From: Microbotryum violaceum
Taxonomy: Eukaryota
Direction of reading: 5' to 3'
Length of the DNA stretch: 64,000 nucleotides
NCBI GenBank assembly: GCA_001244265.2
Contig: CDLV01000004.1
Location: 930,001-994,000 of the forward strand
Notes under the pieces: generated by a model
What the model saw: the letters and a program-made list of their open reading frames with translations, nothing else
Databases searched by the model: none
What the model was told of the DNA's origin: nothing
Part shown: positions 1-17,620 of the stretch, one piece after another
How the letters are laid out: every line of letters begins with the position of its first letter
Position numbering within the stretch: the first letter of the stretch is position 1
Position numbers and translations under genes: made by a program

Positions 1-485
1 AGGCGAGACCGTCGATAATCTTCTCCAAGGCGTCGTCATCGATAGCGCGATCCTCGTAGACCCCTTCGAAGTACTTGCTAGCGGCTCCAAGCATCGAGTC
101 GGGGTCGGAGTGGACGACATTGTCGACCGAGAGGGAAGGGATGAGGTCGGATGCGCGCACTTTGCGTAGGCGGATGAAGATGGAAGATGGGCCCGCGAGG
201 GAAGGATCAATGCGGGACCGCAGCGCCGCGCCGTAGCGCGAGTGATCTGCCTTCGCCTCCTCCGATCCTCCACGTCGGAAGCGGGCAAGTGTGCGAGCCA
301 GAGCCTGAAGCTCGGGCAGCAAGTGTTGTTTGGTGGACGTCCAAGCTGCTGATGGGTCGTCGGGCGTCTGGAGGAGGGCTTCATTGTAGAGGGCCTGGAC
401 AGTGGAAGTGAGGTATTCGCAGGTCGCGTCGCCCTCGATCACGTGCAAACCCAACTTGAATTTACCCGGACCGATGTCGATTGCG
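1..485 (-). mobile_element. Non-LTR retrotransposon (L1/Tx1-like LINE) ORF2 fragment, endonuclease-to-RT linker; runs off the window start
   Basis: Manual minus-strand translation is open: GAIDIGPGKFKL...AAWTSTKQHL...PSSIFIRLRKVRASDLIPSLSVDNVVHSDPDSMLGAASKYFEGVY. This matches the GPGxWKL and FF..K.R....I..L......D...I......YY..LY patterns of LINE ORF2. Truncated at 486 by another element. Confidence 0.7.
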
Positions 486-872
486 CCCTATATGGACCAT
501 AGGGCTATTCGCCTAAATGATTAGGAAGGCCGTATGCCAAGGCCATATGGAGCCATAGGGATGCCTTAAGGGGACTATAAATAGGCACCTTGTCGTCGGT
601 CCGCTCTTCTCCTTTGGCCAATCACTCGCCGCTCGCTCGAGCTGGACCTCTCACTCGGACTTGCGCGCGACACACGTTCGTTGATCACCAGGTCACCGAA
701 GTCTGCATGTAGCACACAAGTCCCACTTTGAAGAACGTCGCGTCGTCGTCACCACCGCCATCTCGCTGCCTACTCCGTCGCACCAACTTGTTCCAGCTCG
801 GCTGTGCGCACGAGGTCATACCTACCGGAAGCCGCGTGACATACCATTCGCAAGGCTAAAGGCTCTAAGATT

Positions 873-903
<31 letters not shown>

Positions 904-2927
904 ATCATCATCGTTGTCATTGTCGTCATTGTCATCTCGCCGACGATTACGTCGCACCACCTTGCTCTCTACGTCGGCATTTGGATCCACGTTTTGCGTA
1001 CATTCGCTTCAAGCCTACAGTAAGGCCTTTGATCACTCGTTGCAAATCAGTCGTCGTCTTCTTCCGATTCTCACCCGCCATTCGAACACCTGTGGACGCT
1101 CGTTCAAGCCTGCTCGCGGCTATGACTCGATTTGCTCCCACCCATGTGCTGCGGTGCCAACGCCAACGTTCCCATGCCCACAAACATATTTTCGCACGAA
1201 CCATCACCTCCTTGTAAGCGCTTCACCGCTCTGGCTACTCCTCGTATGATCGTGGCGATACCAGCTTGTGCGACCACGTCGAGACTCGCTGTGGTGATGG
1301 CTCTGGGGGACTGCACTTGCGCTGACGCTTTCGCTCGTGCCTTAGTTCCTCAACAGCGATGTTACAGGTGAAGAACTTTCTGTTTCGAGCCCATCTACGA
1401 CAGTCCCGGCCTTTATTCGTGCAGGGTGGAGGGCCGAGCGATCAAGCTCCTAGCCAGAAGCATGACGTCATCGCCTGGCTAAGCTTGATCAACAATCACC
1501 TTGATCTCATGTAGTCATAAGCCTTCTCGCCCATGCCATCGCCAACAAAGGTGAGTACATCCCATCAAAATACCGGTGCGCTTTTACGTTCCTTCCGAGC
1601 CCTGGGATCGTGCTTGATTGCGTCGCACCGTCACCTGCTTACCGTGACGGTCTTCTCCAATCGATGACACCGTGTGAGTGAGCTTGTGGTGGCATACTGC
1701 CCTGCTGATTTGGCTTGCTTCACAGCACTGAATTGGCTTGGGATGGTGGAACGTTCAAGTCCGATTCGTAGAACCGACCTCGCTGTCGGAGCTTCGCACC
1801 CCCTCTCGTCACGCTCGAGCTCCTTGCTTCGAAACACCCGAAGGACTGACCCTCCTCGATCTCTGTCCTTTGTTCACGATAATATACTGATACGCTATCA
1901 TGATCCAACCCATTCCTGTCCCAAACCCAGTCCAGACCTAGTCAAAGATTTGACCTTGCACAGCTGTTTCTGATGATGATCAAAGTCGGTGAGTCCACTC
2001 AAGTTCATGGCACTATCGCTCGGGGTATAACTGTGGGCTGGGTTTGCTAGTTCCTGTGCAAGGCGATTGATACCTCTCTCGATTTGAAGAAGACCGTGCG
2101 AGGCCCACTGCTGCAGTTTGAGAACCTGAGCCGAAGCGAAAATTTTCGCCGCAAAGTCGTGAACTAGTAACTTAAGTTTAGCACTACGAGCTCAAGTTCT
2201 AGACCTTCGCTCCAAGTCCCTCGCCCAAGCCCCAAGTCCCAGACTTTATCTTTCAAGTCCTAAAACCTCGCCCCAAGTGCCAAACCTCGAGTCAAAGTTC
2301 CGAACCTCGAGGCAAAGTTCTCAATCTCATGTCAGAACCCAACCATATCTCTGATTCTCTTCCAATCCTATTTACTTCTCATGCCACTATTTAACTTCTA
2401 CTTTGCACTCCCTCTTTAGCCTATTCCCACTACACCGGATCCCAGCACCTGATTGAGACTCGGTTGACACGTTGGCTTGGGTTGAAGTCGCGCGCCTCGC
2501 GGGCACTCGTCTCTCTTCCTTCTTCATCCATCTTCCATCCTCAATCTTGTGCTCGTACTCAACCACTTGAGTTGGGATCCAGACTTCTAATATCTCAGAC
2601 CCAAGTTGAGAACCTCGCGCCCCAAGTTTGAAACTTCGCCTCCAAGTTCAGGACTACGGACACGGTTCCGGAACCTTGGGCTCAAATTATACCCGGTTCC
2701 CAACTTTGGCACCTGGTGCCACATGGTGTAGGGGTTGCCAACTTTGGCGGTGGTGCGGAACCGTACGGCACTGGTCTAAATGGTCACCTCGTTTTGGCCT
2801 TTCTTGCTATGCGCTTAAGCTTAGTTAGTTAACTAGCTATCCCAACTATTGAGGCATAGTTGATAGCTAGTTTGCTCTGGCTTGGAGGATATCATAGTTA
2901 ACTTTTGCAACTATGGCAAGTATAGGG
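486..2927. mobile_element. CACTA-like (CCCTA-ended) DNA transposon remnant(s), no intact ORF
   Basis: Ends CCCTATATGGACCATAG (486) and CTATGGCAAGTATAGGG (2927) are inverted, 13/17 identical. Short subterminal repeats at both ends and at ~2190-2340. No TSD and the two ends have different subterminal motifs, so this may be a mosaic of two copies. Confidence 0.4.
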
Positions 2928-3315
2928 GTCACCACGGACTGCCGGGGCAAGGAGCATTGGCCGAGATGGCCGGCGATTGATTTCTTGACGACACCTTCAA
3001 CCGCCTACTACTGCCTACGATGCAAACGCGCCTTTTCTGCTGGGCACCGTACCATTAATCAACTGCAACACGCCACTTCCGGATCCCTCTTGAATGCCAA
3101 GATGTGCGTTGGCAGCTGGGCAGTTGCTGTTGCTGATGATGACGCTGCTCGTAAGAACTTGATTCATCGAGTTACGGTGATACTTACTCGTGAGCTTATT
3201 TTGTTGTCCTGCCGCCTTCCGGTCTCATCACTGACTCCAACTCTGCATACACAATTTGGCATGTCTACAGCTATCGTCAGATTGTCATACAGCGCGCAGC
3301 CCTCAAAGGTTGTGC
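2928..3315 (+). pseudogene. Degenerate hAT transposase C-terminal dimerisation-domain fragment (target of the Gypsy insertion)
   Basis: WPAIDFLTTPST...KRAFSAGHRTINQLQHATS...AKMCVGSW resembles the hAT dimer motif (A.D.L..P.S...ER.FS.G.......R..L......C..W). Confidence 0.6.
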
Positions 3316-3448
3316 TGTAAGGCCCGTGCGCCTGGGCCTTATGAGAAGAGAGCGCGCGCCTGGACACTCTTAGTCTCCCCTCAGCGACTAACACGAGTGT
3401 CCAGGTGAGCGTATGGTGGATCAAAAGTCATAGTCATTGTAGCGACTA

Positions 3449-8028
<4,580 letters not shown>

Positions 8029-8106
8029 TAGTCTCCCCTCAGCGACTAACACGAGTGTCCAGGTGAGCCTATGGTGGATCAGAAGTCATAGTCATTGTAG
8101 CGACTA

Positions 8107-8292
<186 letters not shown>

Positions 8293-9097
8293 TCAAATGG
8301 CAGATTACTATTGTCAACAATTGTTGTATTAACGCACCGCGGGGCGGCGACGAGTCCCTGAACCTCCAGTGCCCTCTATAAAGTCACTCTCACACAACTG
8401 TGGCCCGAGGATAGGCACTACCTCCTACTTAGCCGCAAGCAAATAACCACCGCAAGACAAGGCTAGAGACTATAAATTATTAAACCCACATTCATTTTGA
8501 AATTCCCTTCTCTGTCTATCCTCATTCAGACAGTTTTCATTTCCGTTGTCTAAACAAGGTCCAGGAACCCTTTCTTTCCTCCACCATCCGCTTGAGACCA
8601 ATCAAGCATGAGCCTTCCCGGTCCTGCGGTAGGCGCCAGCCGCGCGTTCCGAAGAGACTCCATGATCCTTGTTGGCGGCCTCTTTCGCCTGCGCGTGAGC
8701 CGGATTCTTGTTGTTGTTGGTGGCTGTTGAACGCCAAGTAAACAAACCCGTCAGCCGGTATAAAAGGTTTAGTGGGGAATTGCGGGCTTGAACTCATTCT
8801 CAAGACCATTGGTGCTTGACAAGTTAATATTTAGCTCGGCGTCCGAACGCTCGACAGGGATGCGACGATCCGCCTGGGACTGAGTCGAACTGTCGGCGGG
8901 TTGGCGGGGGCGTGGTCTGGCGTGTCATCTGCCGCACATCAGGCCTATGATATGCACCAAAGGTTTGCCGGAGGACCTGTCCCTCCAAGCGCGAGCCTTG
9001 TCGGTGCAGACAACCGCACACCGACGGATCACCTTCACCTCGCAGGCAAAGGATATCCCTGTGCAAGTTGCGCAGGGTGCTCATTGACAGTCACGGG

Positions 9098-9372
9098 TAT
9101 TGAAATAAACAGCGATGTGCTGAACAAGTTGGCGGCAGGGACGATCCAATGAGTTCGTAATCAAGTGAAGAAGAGGAGACAAAGACGCGACTAATACAAA
9201 TGTAAGGCTCGGTTGCCTTACGCTATTTAACTACCCTTCTGATTTCAATATGCATCTATTGAAATCGTCAGTCTTTTGGACCGTGTAACCTAGTCGTGAA
9301 GGGCCTGGGGTATTACAACAAAGTGGAGACGCGCGTAGTGCGGATTTAAGGCAAGAGTAATTTACTGCAACA
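9098..9372 (-). mobile_element. Copia solo LTR (Copia-2 family, intron-less form) interrupted by a second solo LTR
   Basis: Near-identical to LTRs at 32750-32916 and 37048-37214; TSD ACGGG (9093-9097 / 9373-9377); TG...TA termini on the minus strand. Confidence 0.92.
9201..9317 (+). mobile_element. 117-bp Gypsy-type solo LTR nested in the Copia solo LTR
   Basis: TGTAAGG...GGGGTATTACA termini resemble Gypsy-1 LTR ends; TSD ACAAA (9196-9200 / 9318-9322). Confidence 0.88.
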
Positions 9373-10180
9373 ACGGGGAGTTGCGTGGGATATCCTTTGG
9401 CGTACTTGTGACCGGTAAAAAGCCCCTGTCGGACCTCCCCCTAAAATCGACTGTAATGGGGCAGGTCGAGAATGTTCTCAGGCCGGGTCCAAGTTGGAAC
9501 AGGCGGAATCACCCCGGCCTCCAGCACCCGCTCGCCCCCTGTGACTCCATCTTTCCAATGACTGCACACACACACACCCGTGTCCGCCCAATCATCAGAC
9601 GTTGGAGCACACAAAGCCAAACATATACATCACTACCTACATCCTGGGTGTGATCAACTGGTGGTGGATGAAGACCACCTGCGGCTTCGCCGCCGTTAGT
9701 AGGTTTGGCGTCTTGAATGCGATCGCTGCAGTGGCCGGGCCGGTGACTCGGAGGGTGAGAAAAGGGGAAGGAGTCAGGTCTCTGTCTTTCTTTGCACGGA
9801 TTCGACTTACATTCACTGCTTCCCAATTTCCATGCCGTTGCCCCATGTTCAGAAAAAGAAGGATCGCAACTTGGGCATGCCCTGAGTCGCAACTTTGCCT
9901 CGGACTCGGACGTCACGAGCAAGTGCTCCGGCCGCTGCCTTTCCGAAGGCAAGCTTGTGCTCGAGACTGAACACACAAAGTGTACCCCAAGTCAGCCTCT
10001 ATAATTGTACCCCGAGTCAGCGTCTTTAATAACATCTAGTAATAGGTGGGCTGGCCCTCTAGGTCGCTCCGCCGATGGACCACGCGAATCAGTGATTGCA
10101 GCACGCCATTTGGCATTCCTCGAATCAAACGTTGTAAGCCTGGGGACCAGGATGTCATTGGCTGTGCTTCGCTTAAAGAT

Positions 10181-10285
10181 CAGGGTTCCTCATTAGATGT
10201 CTAGATATCTATCTTAGCATATTTCGCTAAGATATAGATGACAACTTATCTAGGCGCCAAATATCTTAGATAGATAGATAAGGCC
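10181..10285 (+). mobile_element. hAT-like terminal inverted repeat stub with subterminal ATCT/AGAT repeats
   Basis: CAGGGTTCCTCATTAGATGTCTAGATA, followed by repeated TATCTA/TAGATA motifs; inverted match at 58498-58524. Confidence 0.55.
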
Positions 10286-11244
10286 CCGGGGGTTTCCTTA
10301 TAGATCTTTACTACCTCTATTAAAAAAAATGTGAGTTCGACTCTCCTGACCACTCACGCGAGTCGTAGCGGAATAGTGGTTCGAGTTGCAGCAAGACGAA
10401 GGACAACATTGGTGTAGGAGTTGTTAAACAAATACCTCAAGCGGTGAAAATCCAGCCTTCTGGGGAAAACCGTAAGAGATTGATCTAAACGGAAGAGAGT
10501 CTGAACTTCTTGGTGATACACAGGGATGGTGGGCGGGATGACAATTGGGAGCTTTGCGACCCAAGCTTCTGGATGTCAGTTGGCTGCAACTGATGATGGA
10601 GCAAGTCCACTGATCGTCTCAGCATACTTTTGCGACAAAGGCAAGACACTGTATAAAGACAGTTGTGGCGCGGTTGGTGCAAAGGACGGCAAAGGGTCTC
10701 AGGCTGCTGAGAAATATGCGATTTAGCTCGTTGCCCAACAAGGGCTCGGAACAAAATGCCCTCACAAAGAATTTGCAGGGATCCAAGTGCAAAGTACACC
10801 GTGCAACAAGCTTGGGTGTATCGAAGCACTTACCCCGAGATACTCTAAGCGAGCCACGTTGAGGGTTTCATACCGAGCTGCTAGCAGCTGTGAACGTCCG
10901 GCAAGATGGAACTCTCGATCAGCGATCTCGTCAGCTGGGAGGTAGTCTTGGGAGTGAGGAACGCACCTGTCCCTACAGGTGGTGAACGCAGCCACAGAAG
11001 CTGGTAAGGAAACGTCGACAACGCAGTGAAGGCCCAAAAGGGAACGTGCGTTGCGAGTACCGCCCGTGAGCCCGCGTGTGTGGGAAGCACAGCTACAGCA
11101 TCCACGGGGAAGAGAGGGTCCGTGCGCGCGAGCCTGAATCGGCGCGTCAAATCCTTGCAGCAAAACCCGAAAAGACCATAAGGAATGTCTTTACTACCTC
11201 CTAAACAAAACGGAAGTAGGTTAATCGCGCGAATAGCAGGGCAC

Positions 11245-14200
11245 TTTGGTCCCGAGGATGGCAACTCTGGTCCCACATCGGAGGCGACTCTGGTCCCACA
11301 TCGGAGGCGACTTTGGGATCACATCGGTGCGGACTTTGGGATCACATCCGAGGTCATTCTTGTACCACGTTCATGGGGACTTTGGTATCACATAGTGTAG
11401 ACGCCTGTATCTCTTGCAATGTGTGATGTATCACTCTGGGAACAGTAGTTTGATGCATGTACAGGTCTATAGTACTTCTGGCCGGTGAGACGAGGCGGAC
11501 GAAGCAGTATTTGCTACATCGATGTTCTGCCCCGCTTGGCCTCTCCCGCGCCCGTGGTGTCAGCGGTCCGGCGCCCGAACCGCCAAGGCCGACACTCCCG
11601 AACGTGATTGCGCCGACTCGGATTAGACCAGAATTGGCACCGGTCCCTCGCTTCTCTCATCCATGAAGAACAGTTCATAGAGATCGAGCGAAGATACAGA
11701 TTCTAATAAGTCGCGCTTCGACATCGGCGGACTTTTGCTTGTATGATCATTGCAGTTGAACGATGTTCAAACGCCCCGATCTCTTTTGCAGGCCCCCGAG
11801 CAACGACGGCCATCCGCAGAACCTCCACGACAGGTCGACCTTCACGGGTTGACTCCAAGCTTCTAGAAGAGTGATGGGCAGTTCTGAACGTCATCAGATC
11901 CCCACTGCCACATCCGACGGCTGTTGATGATGAGTAGACGAGGGCGTGTTACCGTAAGGTCGCTCGACGACAGCGAGACAGCATTCATATTTGCGTGGAG
12001 CCCAGTCATGCGTCTATTGATATAGGTCACAAATAAGAGTTAGGTCGATCACAGGACGAAATAAACCGCAGCGCAGCACGCAGCTTCGACACACCTCTGT
12101 AGCTATGAACCTTGGGAGCTCCAGGACAGGGAGGTTGCTTACAAATTTCCATTCGGATTTCTGCTTGCGAGGAACGAGCGGCCTGAGACGGAGCTCATTG
12201 TGCTCTGCAGTGGTGAAGATGATGTTTGAGAAAAATGCCTCCGCGCTTCGTGTTCGACAGTTCGTCGGTCTGCGTTCCGCCGAGAGAGCTCGCAGGTATG
12301 CCGGTCCAAATTTCTCGTCTTTCCGAGCCAGGAGTGGTGCGGAGACGACGTTGTCAGGTAATACCTCCTCTGATCTGTCTTCTTCGACTCCGTAGTATGA
12401 ATCGCTTGTCGAATCCTCTTCGGAGTCGCTGGAACAGTCCCTGCGAGAGTTTGAAAGCCCCGAGCCTGAGGAGGTGCGAGACATTGAGGACTTGGGGGAA
12501 AACCGCGACCAAAGCTGCCGAGAGTTTCGAATCATCCTCATCCTCATATGAATCCAATTCATCATCTGATAGGTATGGTCTGGCGAGCTTTTTTTTCGCA
12601 AAGCAATGGGTGAGCGGTCCCCTTTGTATTTGACTTGCAGTTGGTTCATCGCTTAAGTTGTTGACATGAGCGTACTTGGCGTCGTCTAGAAGGTACCCCA
12701 TTCAGGCGTTGTTGTGCTCGAAATGGACGAAGTATCCGCTCAACAAGGAAGGAAAGGAGTGCTTTGTGTGAGGATTGTATGTGTACGAGTGGGCGAGTGG
12801 GGTGTAGAGACGAGGAGCGTATGAAGCTTCAATGAGGGTTTTTTTTTTTTCTTTTTTTTTTGGCTCGTTTTTATGAGGGAGGCGCCGGGAGGGACACGAG
12901 ATTCGCGCGCGAAAAAAAAAAGCAAAAAGAGACAAGAGACAGAAAAAAAAAATGAAAAAAAAGAGGCCGCTTGCGCAAGGTCTTGGTCCTGACTCATGAC
13001 TCATAGCGTGGCATGACTTGCCTCCAACCCAGTGGACAGAGAGAGGTCTCTTGAATCTCATTGGTAGCTATCAGCTCTTCTGCACCCACCTAGCTGAGCC
13101 TGCTGCTGTTACTGCTGTGTGCTGAACCCTGAGCCTGGGCCGCCGGCGGCCCGACACAGGCAACCGCCTCGAGTTCCGCCTGGATTTGCCACTTTCCCTC
13201 CTGCCACTGTCTTCCCCTCGCCTCTCCTAATGAACATGAACGGATTAACATCTGGCTTGACCAACGATTTGTTCAGCTTGGCCTTGAATTCGATACGCCT
13301 TCTTCTTTTGGCGCTGCAACCGCTGGCGATTCACCTCCTTCGGTACAACAACATATCGACCGCGTGTCGGGGCTCGTGCCTGACTCTTCCCAGGCCCACT
13401 CGCGCCCTCCTTTTCTCGTTGCTCAACCGCCCGCTCAGCCTCAACCTCAACCTCAAGCTCCACTCACTCCAGCTCAACAGCTCGAAATGATGAACATGAT
13501 GGTAACGCTCCACAAGATGAACAACAACTCGCTGCCATGGCTGCCAAAATCGAAGCGAGCTGAGCCGATCTACGCTCAATTGAACAACGCGCGACGGCTT
13601 TCGGGCAGACGGATGCTAGGGTCGTGGCTGACAAACGAGGTCCAGCAGCAAATCTGGAGCTGATCAACTCTCACCACCTGGGTCTAGAGGAAACAGGTCA
13701 GTCTCGTCGATTCACGTTGGCCGTTTGCCGTCCCTTGTTCCGTGTCCCATTGCTGATCTCTCGGCTCTCGCTTTCGTAGACTAGATCCGGGACAATGTGC
13801 CTTAGGCTTACCTTAACGACTGGTCATCCCTTCAAATCCGGCTCGACTCTTTCCACATCCTCAAGTCGTCCCTCGTCTACCCCTCGGGTTCGAGCTCAAC
13901 TCTTTTGCAGTCTTCGAGTCGCGCCTCGACCACCCGTCATCCAGCTCCCGCCGCGCCATTGCCCGGCCCGGCTTTTAGCCGATCAACCTCGAGCGACGCA
14001 AGGACGTTGCGATCATATCCGGTACATGCGGATGATCCCAATGGGGGTAGGCTCTTTACACCAGCGGCACGCTCGGCGCGTGGCCGGCCGAGTGGCGCTC
14101 AGCTGGGGCTCAAGAAATCCGCTTCGCGCGCCCCTTCCCCCTCCCTCGCCGAAGCGATGCAAGTGATGCCCATTAGCAAAGAGGAGAGCAGGAAGGGCAA

Positions 14201-15853
14201 GGGCGTGCAAAGATTCGTAAGTGGGAAGCAAGCAGAAGAAGAGGAAGACTGGGGAAAGAGCGCAAGTGTTGATCTGCCGGGACGACGACGACAACAAAGC
14301 GAGCGAGGATGATTCACCATCGTCGGGACTTTCGGAATCAAGTGTGGAGAGGCGTCAAGTTCAGGACATCCTTGCGGGGAAGCAAATAATTCAGGAGATT
14401 CGGATCCGAAGAGGGATCAGGAGAAAACGTTACCTCCGCCACCGAACTTTGGTCCGAAGCGACAGCCAATGATTGAGCAACAGATGCAATCACTTGCCGA
14501 CTCAAGAGAACCTGCTACCGCTAGCTCTTCGACCGAAACTCCAGAAGATCTCACTCGCCTTGCTACCCCGCCTTATCGAACGGGCCTTCGGAGATTTTTT
14601 CCCCTCGACGCTCGGAACGAACCTCTCGTCCCCCGCGGCCACGAGACTAACCATGCGTTGTAGACTAGCGAGTTCGGATTGAAACTATAGACATCGATTC
14701 GTAACATGTACCAAATTTTGACTCTTGTGCGAGACAGACGATCGGCGCATCGGCGACACTGCGCGGCTGTCACTTTGTCACTCGGACGAGGCCCAGCTTG
14801 GACCATCAATTCCAGCTAGCGAGCGATAGGGTATAATTTGAAAAGCTGTCACATTGCAAGGTTCTCTTCCGACCATCGAACAGCCACCAAATACTTCCGC
14901 CGCACCTCCTCAACCTCAAGAGCATTAGATTGGAAACCTTGAACTCGAATCTCTTCGAATAGCGCTGTCTTGGCTTCTTCGTCCACCCGTCCAGCAGTTC
15001 GTCGCCGATTTTCGTTCCTAGGGCATGCTGATCGCCGTCTTGAAGGTGGGTGAGAACAGGCAGCAGCGTAGCCATCTCGGGCGATGGGAACTGTAGGGGG
15101 ACCGAAGCAGACGTAAAGCGCCGTCGTCAACTCTTAGCCACTCGACGACTCCCGAGGGTTGAACCACCCCAGAGTTGGAGGATTTTTTTTTTCTCGCGGG
15201 CATTCTTGTGTGATTTTTTGATTTTTTTCCTGCGCGCGCGCGATTCTGGTGTCCCCAAAGGATACGTTTTAGCGGCATTCGTGAGTTTGCCGGTTTCTAA
15301 TAAGGGTTCTAACGGTTGCAGGCCTTATGGAGCTAGAGCTCACCCGTGTGGTTTATGTGATGGCGTCACTGAAATGGTTAGTGATAAGGACGTTACAGTG
15401 ACAAGGCATAGGGAAAAAAGGGTTTACTCCACCCTGCGATGTGTGTTGCATGCAACGCTTGCTGCCTCGTCACTGCCAGACGTTGGCAGTCCGACAGTCG
15501 TCCGGATTGCAGTGAGGTCCCGGAATCGCTGACACCACCGATACCACCGCCGGGCGCCGGAGCGGCCAAGCAGGCCAGGGAAGAGTAGAGCCCCGATGTA
15601 GCAACTACTGCATTGTCCGCCTTGTCTCACCGGCCAGAAGTACTATAGACCTGTACATGCACCAAACTACTGTTCCCGAAGTGATACATCACACATTGCA
15701 AGAGATACAGGCGTCCACACTATATGTGGTACCAAAGTCCCCTCTGAACGTGGTACAAGAATGACCTCGGATGTGATCCCAAAGTCCGCACCGATGTGAT
15801 CCCAAAGTCGCCTCCGATGTGGGACCAGAGTTGCCTCCGACGTGGGCCCAAAA
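11245..15853. mobile_element. Long-TIR (Mutator/foldback-like) non-autonomous element; right TIR clipped by the CACTA element
   Basis: ~11245-11580 is an inverted copy of ~15500-15853, with tandem ~21-bp units (GACTCTGGTCCCACATCGGAG / GACTTTGGGATCACATC). The interior has only decayed ORFs. Confidence 0.7.
12891..15256. mobile_element. Possible nested short-TIR element with A/T-rich subterminal tracts
   Basis: GGGACACGAGATTCGCGCGCG + A-tracts at left; T-tracts + CGCGCGCGATTCTGGTGTCCCC at right; low-complexity P/Q-rich ORF remnants inside. No TSD found. Confidence 0.4.
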
Positions 15854-16607
15854 CCCTACGGGAAATCCGCGCAACCGCAGTTGACCGCGGTTGGACCGCA
15901 GTCGACTGCAGTTGACCGCGGTCGGTGGAACAGACCTCGCCCGTCCAGCCATTCAAAAGTAACCGCAGTTCAACTTCGGGCCTAGAAAGTGGATTGCAGA
16001 GGCGCACTTTTACCGCAGTTGCCAACCGCAGTCGTATCGGCAACCGCAGTTGTAGTAGATCAAGTGATTGCGGTTACGAACTTTTGTGACCGCGGTTGTA
16101 ATAATGTAGTAGCCTATACTATCCCTTTCTTCACTCTCCTTTGCATGTACAGTAAAGATATAGTAAAGTGGCACTGCCAATGCCATTGCATTATATCAAG
16201 CATACGACTCGAACCAAGAGACGAACCTTGAGCCTGAGGCCTGATGAGGCACTCGGCCTCAACTCGTGAAATCGCTAAGTCGGATCGGCTCGAAGACTCG
16301 GGCCCAGCAAGGCCGACTCACCTTCCACCCTCGAATCTTGCCACTAAACCTGTCAGTGACACACAAGGCTGATGATGAGTGTCGGGCTATATTCAGTGGA
16401 TCACCTCAGACTCAGTCTGGTGACTAACTCACTCGACTGATCAAACTCGAAGCGTCGATCGGACGCACGCCTGCTGTTGCGCGACGGATCAGAATCAGCC
16501 CGCTCATAGTGTAGGAGCGAACTGGAGACTTACCCTATAGTTCAACATCAGGTCCTGAAATATGCCTGTACACATCTTAAACATTTTCTCGTCGAGCCTG
16601 GATAACC

Positions 16608-16680
16608 GACTGACGTTGACTGACGTCGACTGACGTCGACTGACGTCGACTGACGTCGACTGACGACTGACGACTGACTG
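16608..16680. repeat. (GACTGACGTC)n minisatellite grading into (GACT)n
   Basis: About five tandem 10-mers followed by shorter units, read directly. Confidence 0.85.
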
Positions 16681-17352
16681 CTCACCTCGAAGCTTCCGTC
16701 CATAGCATCGACTCGAAGGCGAAGCAGTGTTCCCTGTGGCACTGTTCTCGATGTTAATGCAAGCACATTGGCATCAGCGAGCGGACGACAGAGCAAAGCT
16801 TGCTCACACTTCTCTCGAAGTCAAAGAATGGCCACCTGTGGGCTTCCTGAACAGAGACAAGTGCAGTTGACTCGGAAGCCGAACAAGGCTAGGTCCTAGT
16901 GCAGAACAACTGATTGATGTGCCTAGTACACGAGCTAAGGATACCAGATGGCGAGATAACCTGGGGAGCATTACAGAGTCGGTGGAACAAGCTGCTGATC
17001 AGTGCGTCAGCGTGATCGGTGCGACGTACTATCGAGCGAGGCCGGGTCGGACACGTGACACCAAAAGCACGGGCCATGTTGAGTGACCGGGTAGCATCGA
17101 GATTGTAAGTCATCTAAACTCAGTCACTGATTTGGTGCCGATCAAGTCAGTGAGTCGAATGCTGCAAGTTGGCGATGCCAAGGCCGCTTCAGTTAAGTTG
17201 GCGGTGACCATGATGTCGGCATGTGTGGAGCAGGCGGGAGAGAGGCGGCGCGCGCTTCGTGCGCGCTTCAAGCAGTGAATGTCGATTTGAAATTAGAAAT
17301 CTAATCGGCCAAAATATGGTTAGTTTGCCTGACTTTTGCAAGCAGGTGGACG

Positions 17353-17620
17353 TATGAGGAGCAGCGCAGTCAACGAACAAAGATGCCGAGTAGTAGGATT
17401 GGGAACTTTCATGATGTATTACACTAACCTACGAGGAGAAGCGAAGTGAGCAAACAAAGATGCCGAATAGAAAAGGATTGGGAACGTTAAGGAAAGAGAG
17501 AGAGAGAAAGCTGCGCCAGTCGCAGCTCGGGTATTCTAAGTCCAAGTTCAAAGAGGTCCGAGCGCGGCGCCAGGCGCAGGTGCAAAAGAACTAGCCAAGT
17601 GCTGGAAGCGAAAGGGGGCT
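17353..17620 (-). mobile_element. Diverged LTR of the Copia-3 family, intron-containing form (right boundary approximate)
   Basis: Reverse complement aligns to 51560-51778, including both copies of the duplicated block and the AG|GTTAGTGTAATACAT donor. No TSD found. Confidence 0.8.

Noticed and set aside
872-1371. Overlapping Ser/Arg-rich ORFs
   Set aside because: Driven by a (GTC)n microsatellite and GC-rich TE interior; no recognisable protein.
12014-12701. Minus-strand ORFs as a KDZ CxC domain
   Set aside because: Only a vague C..C...LRCGLF resemblance; a profile search would be needed.
15870-16100. Regularly recurring AACCGCAGTT units (also 11260-11350, 58590-58775) as CRISPR-like arrays
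   Set aside because: Eukaryotic context, irregular spacing, both orientations and position at TIR ends: transposon subterminal repeats.
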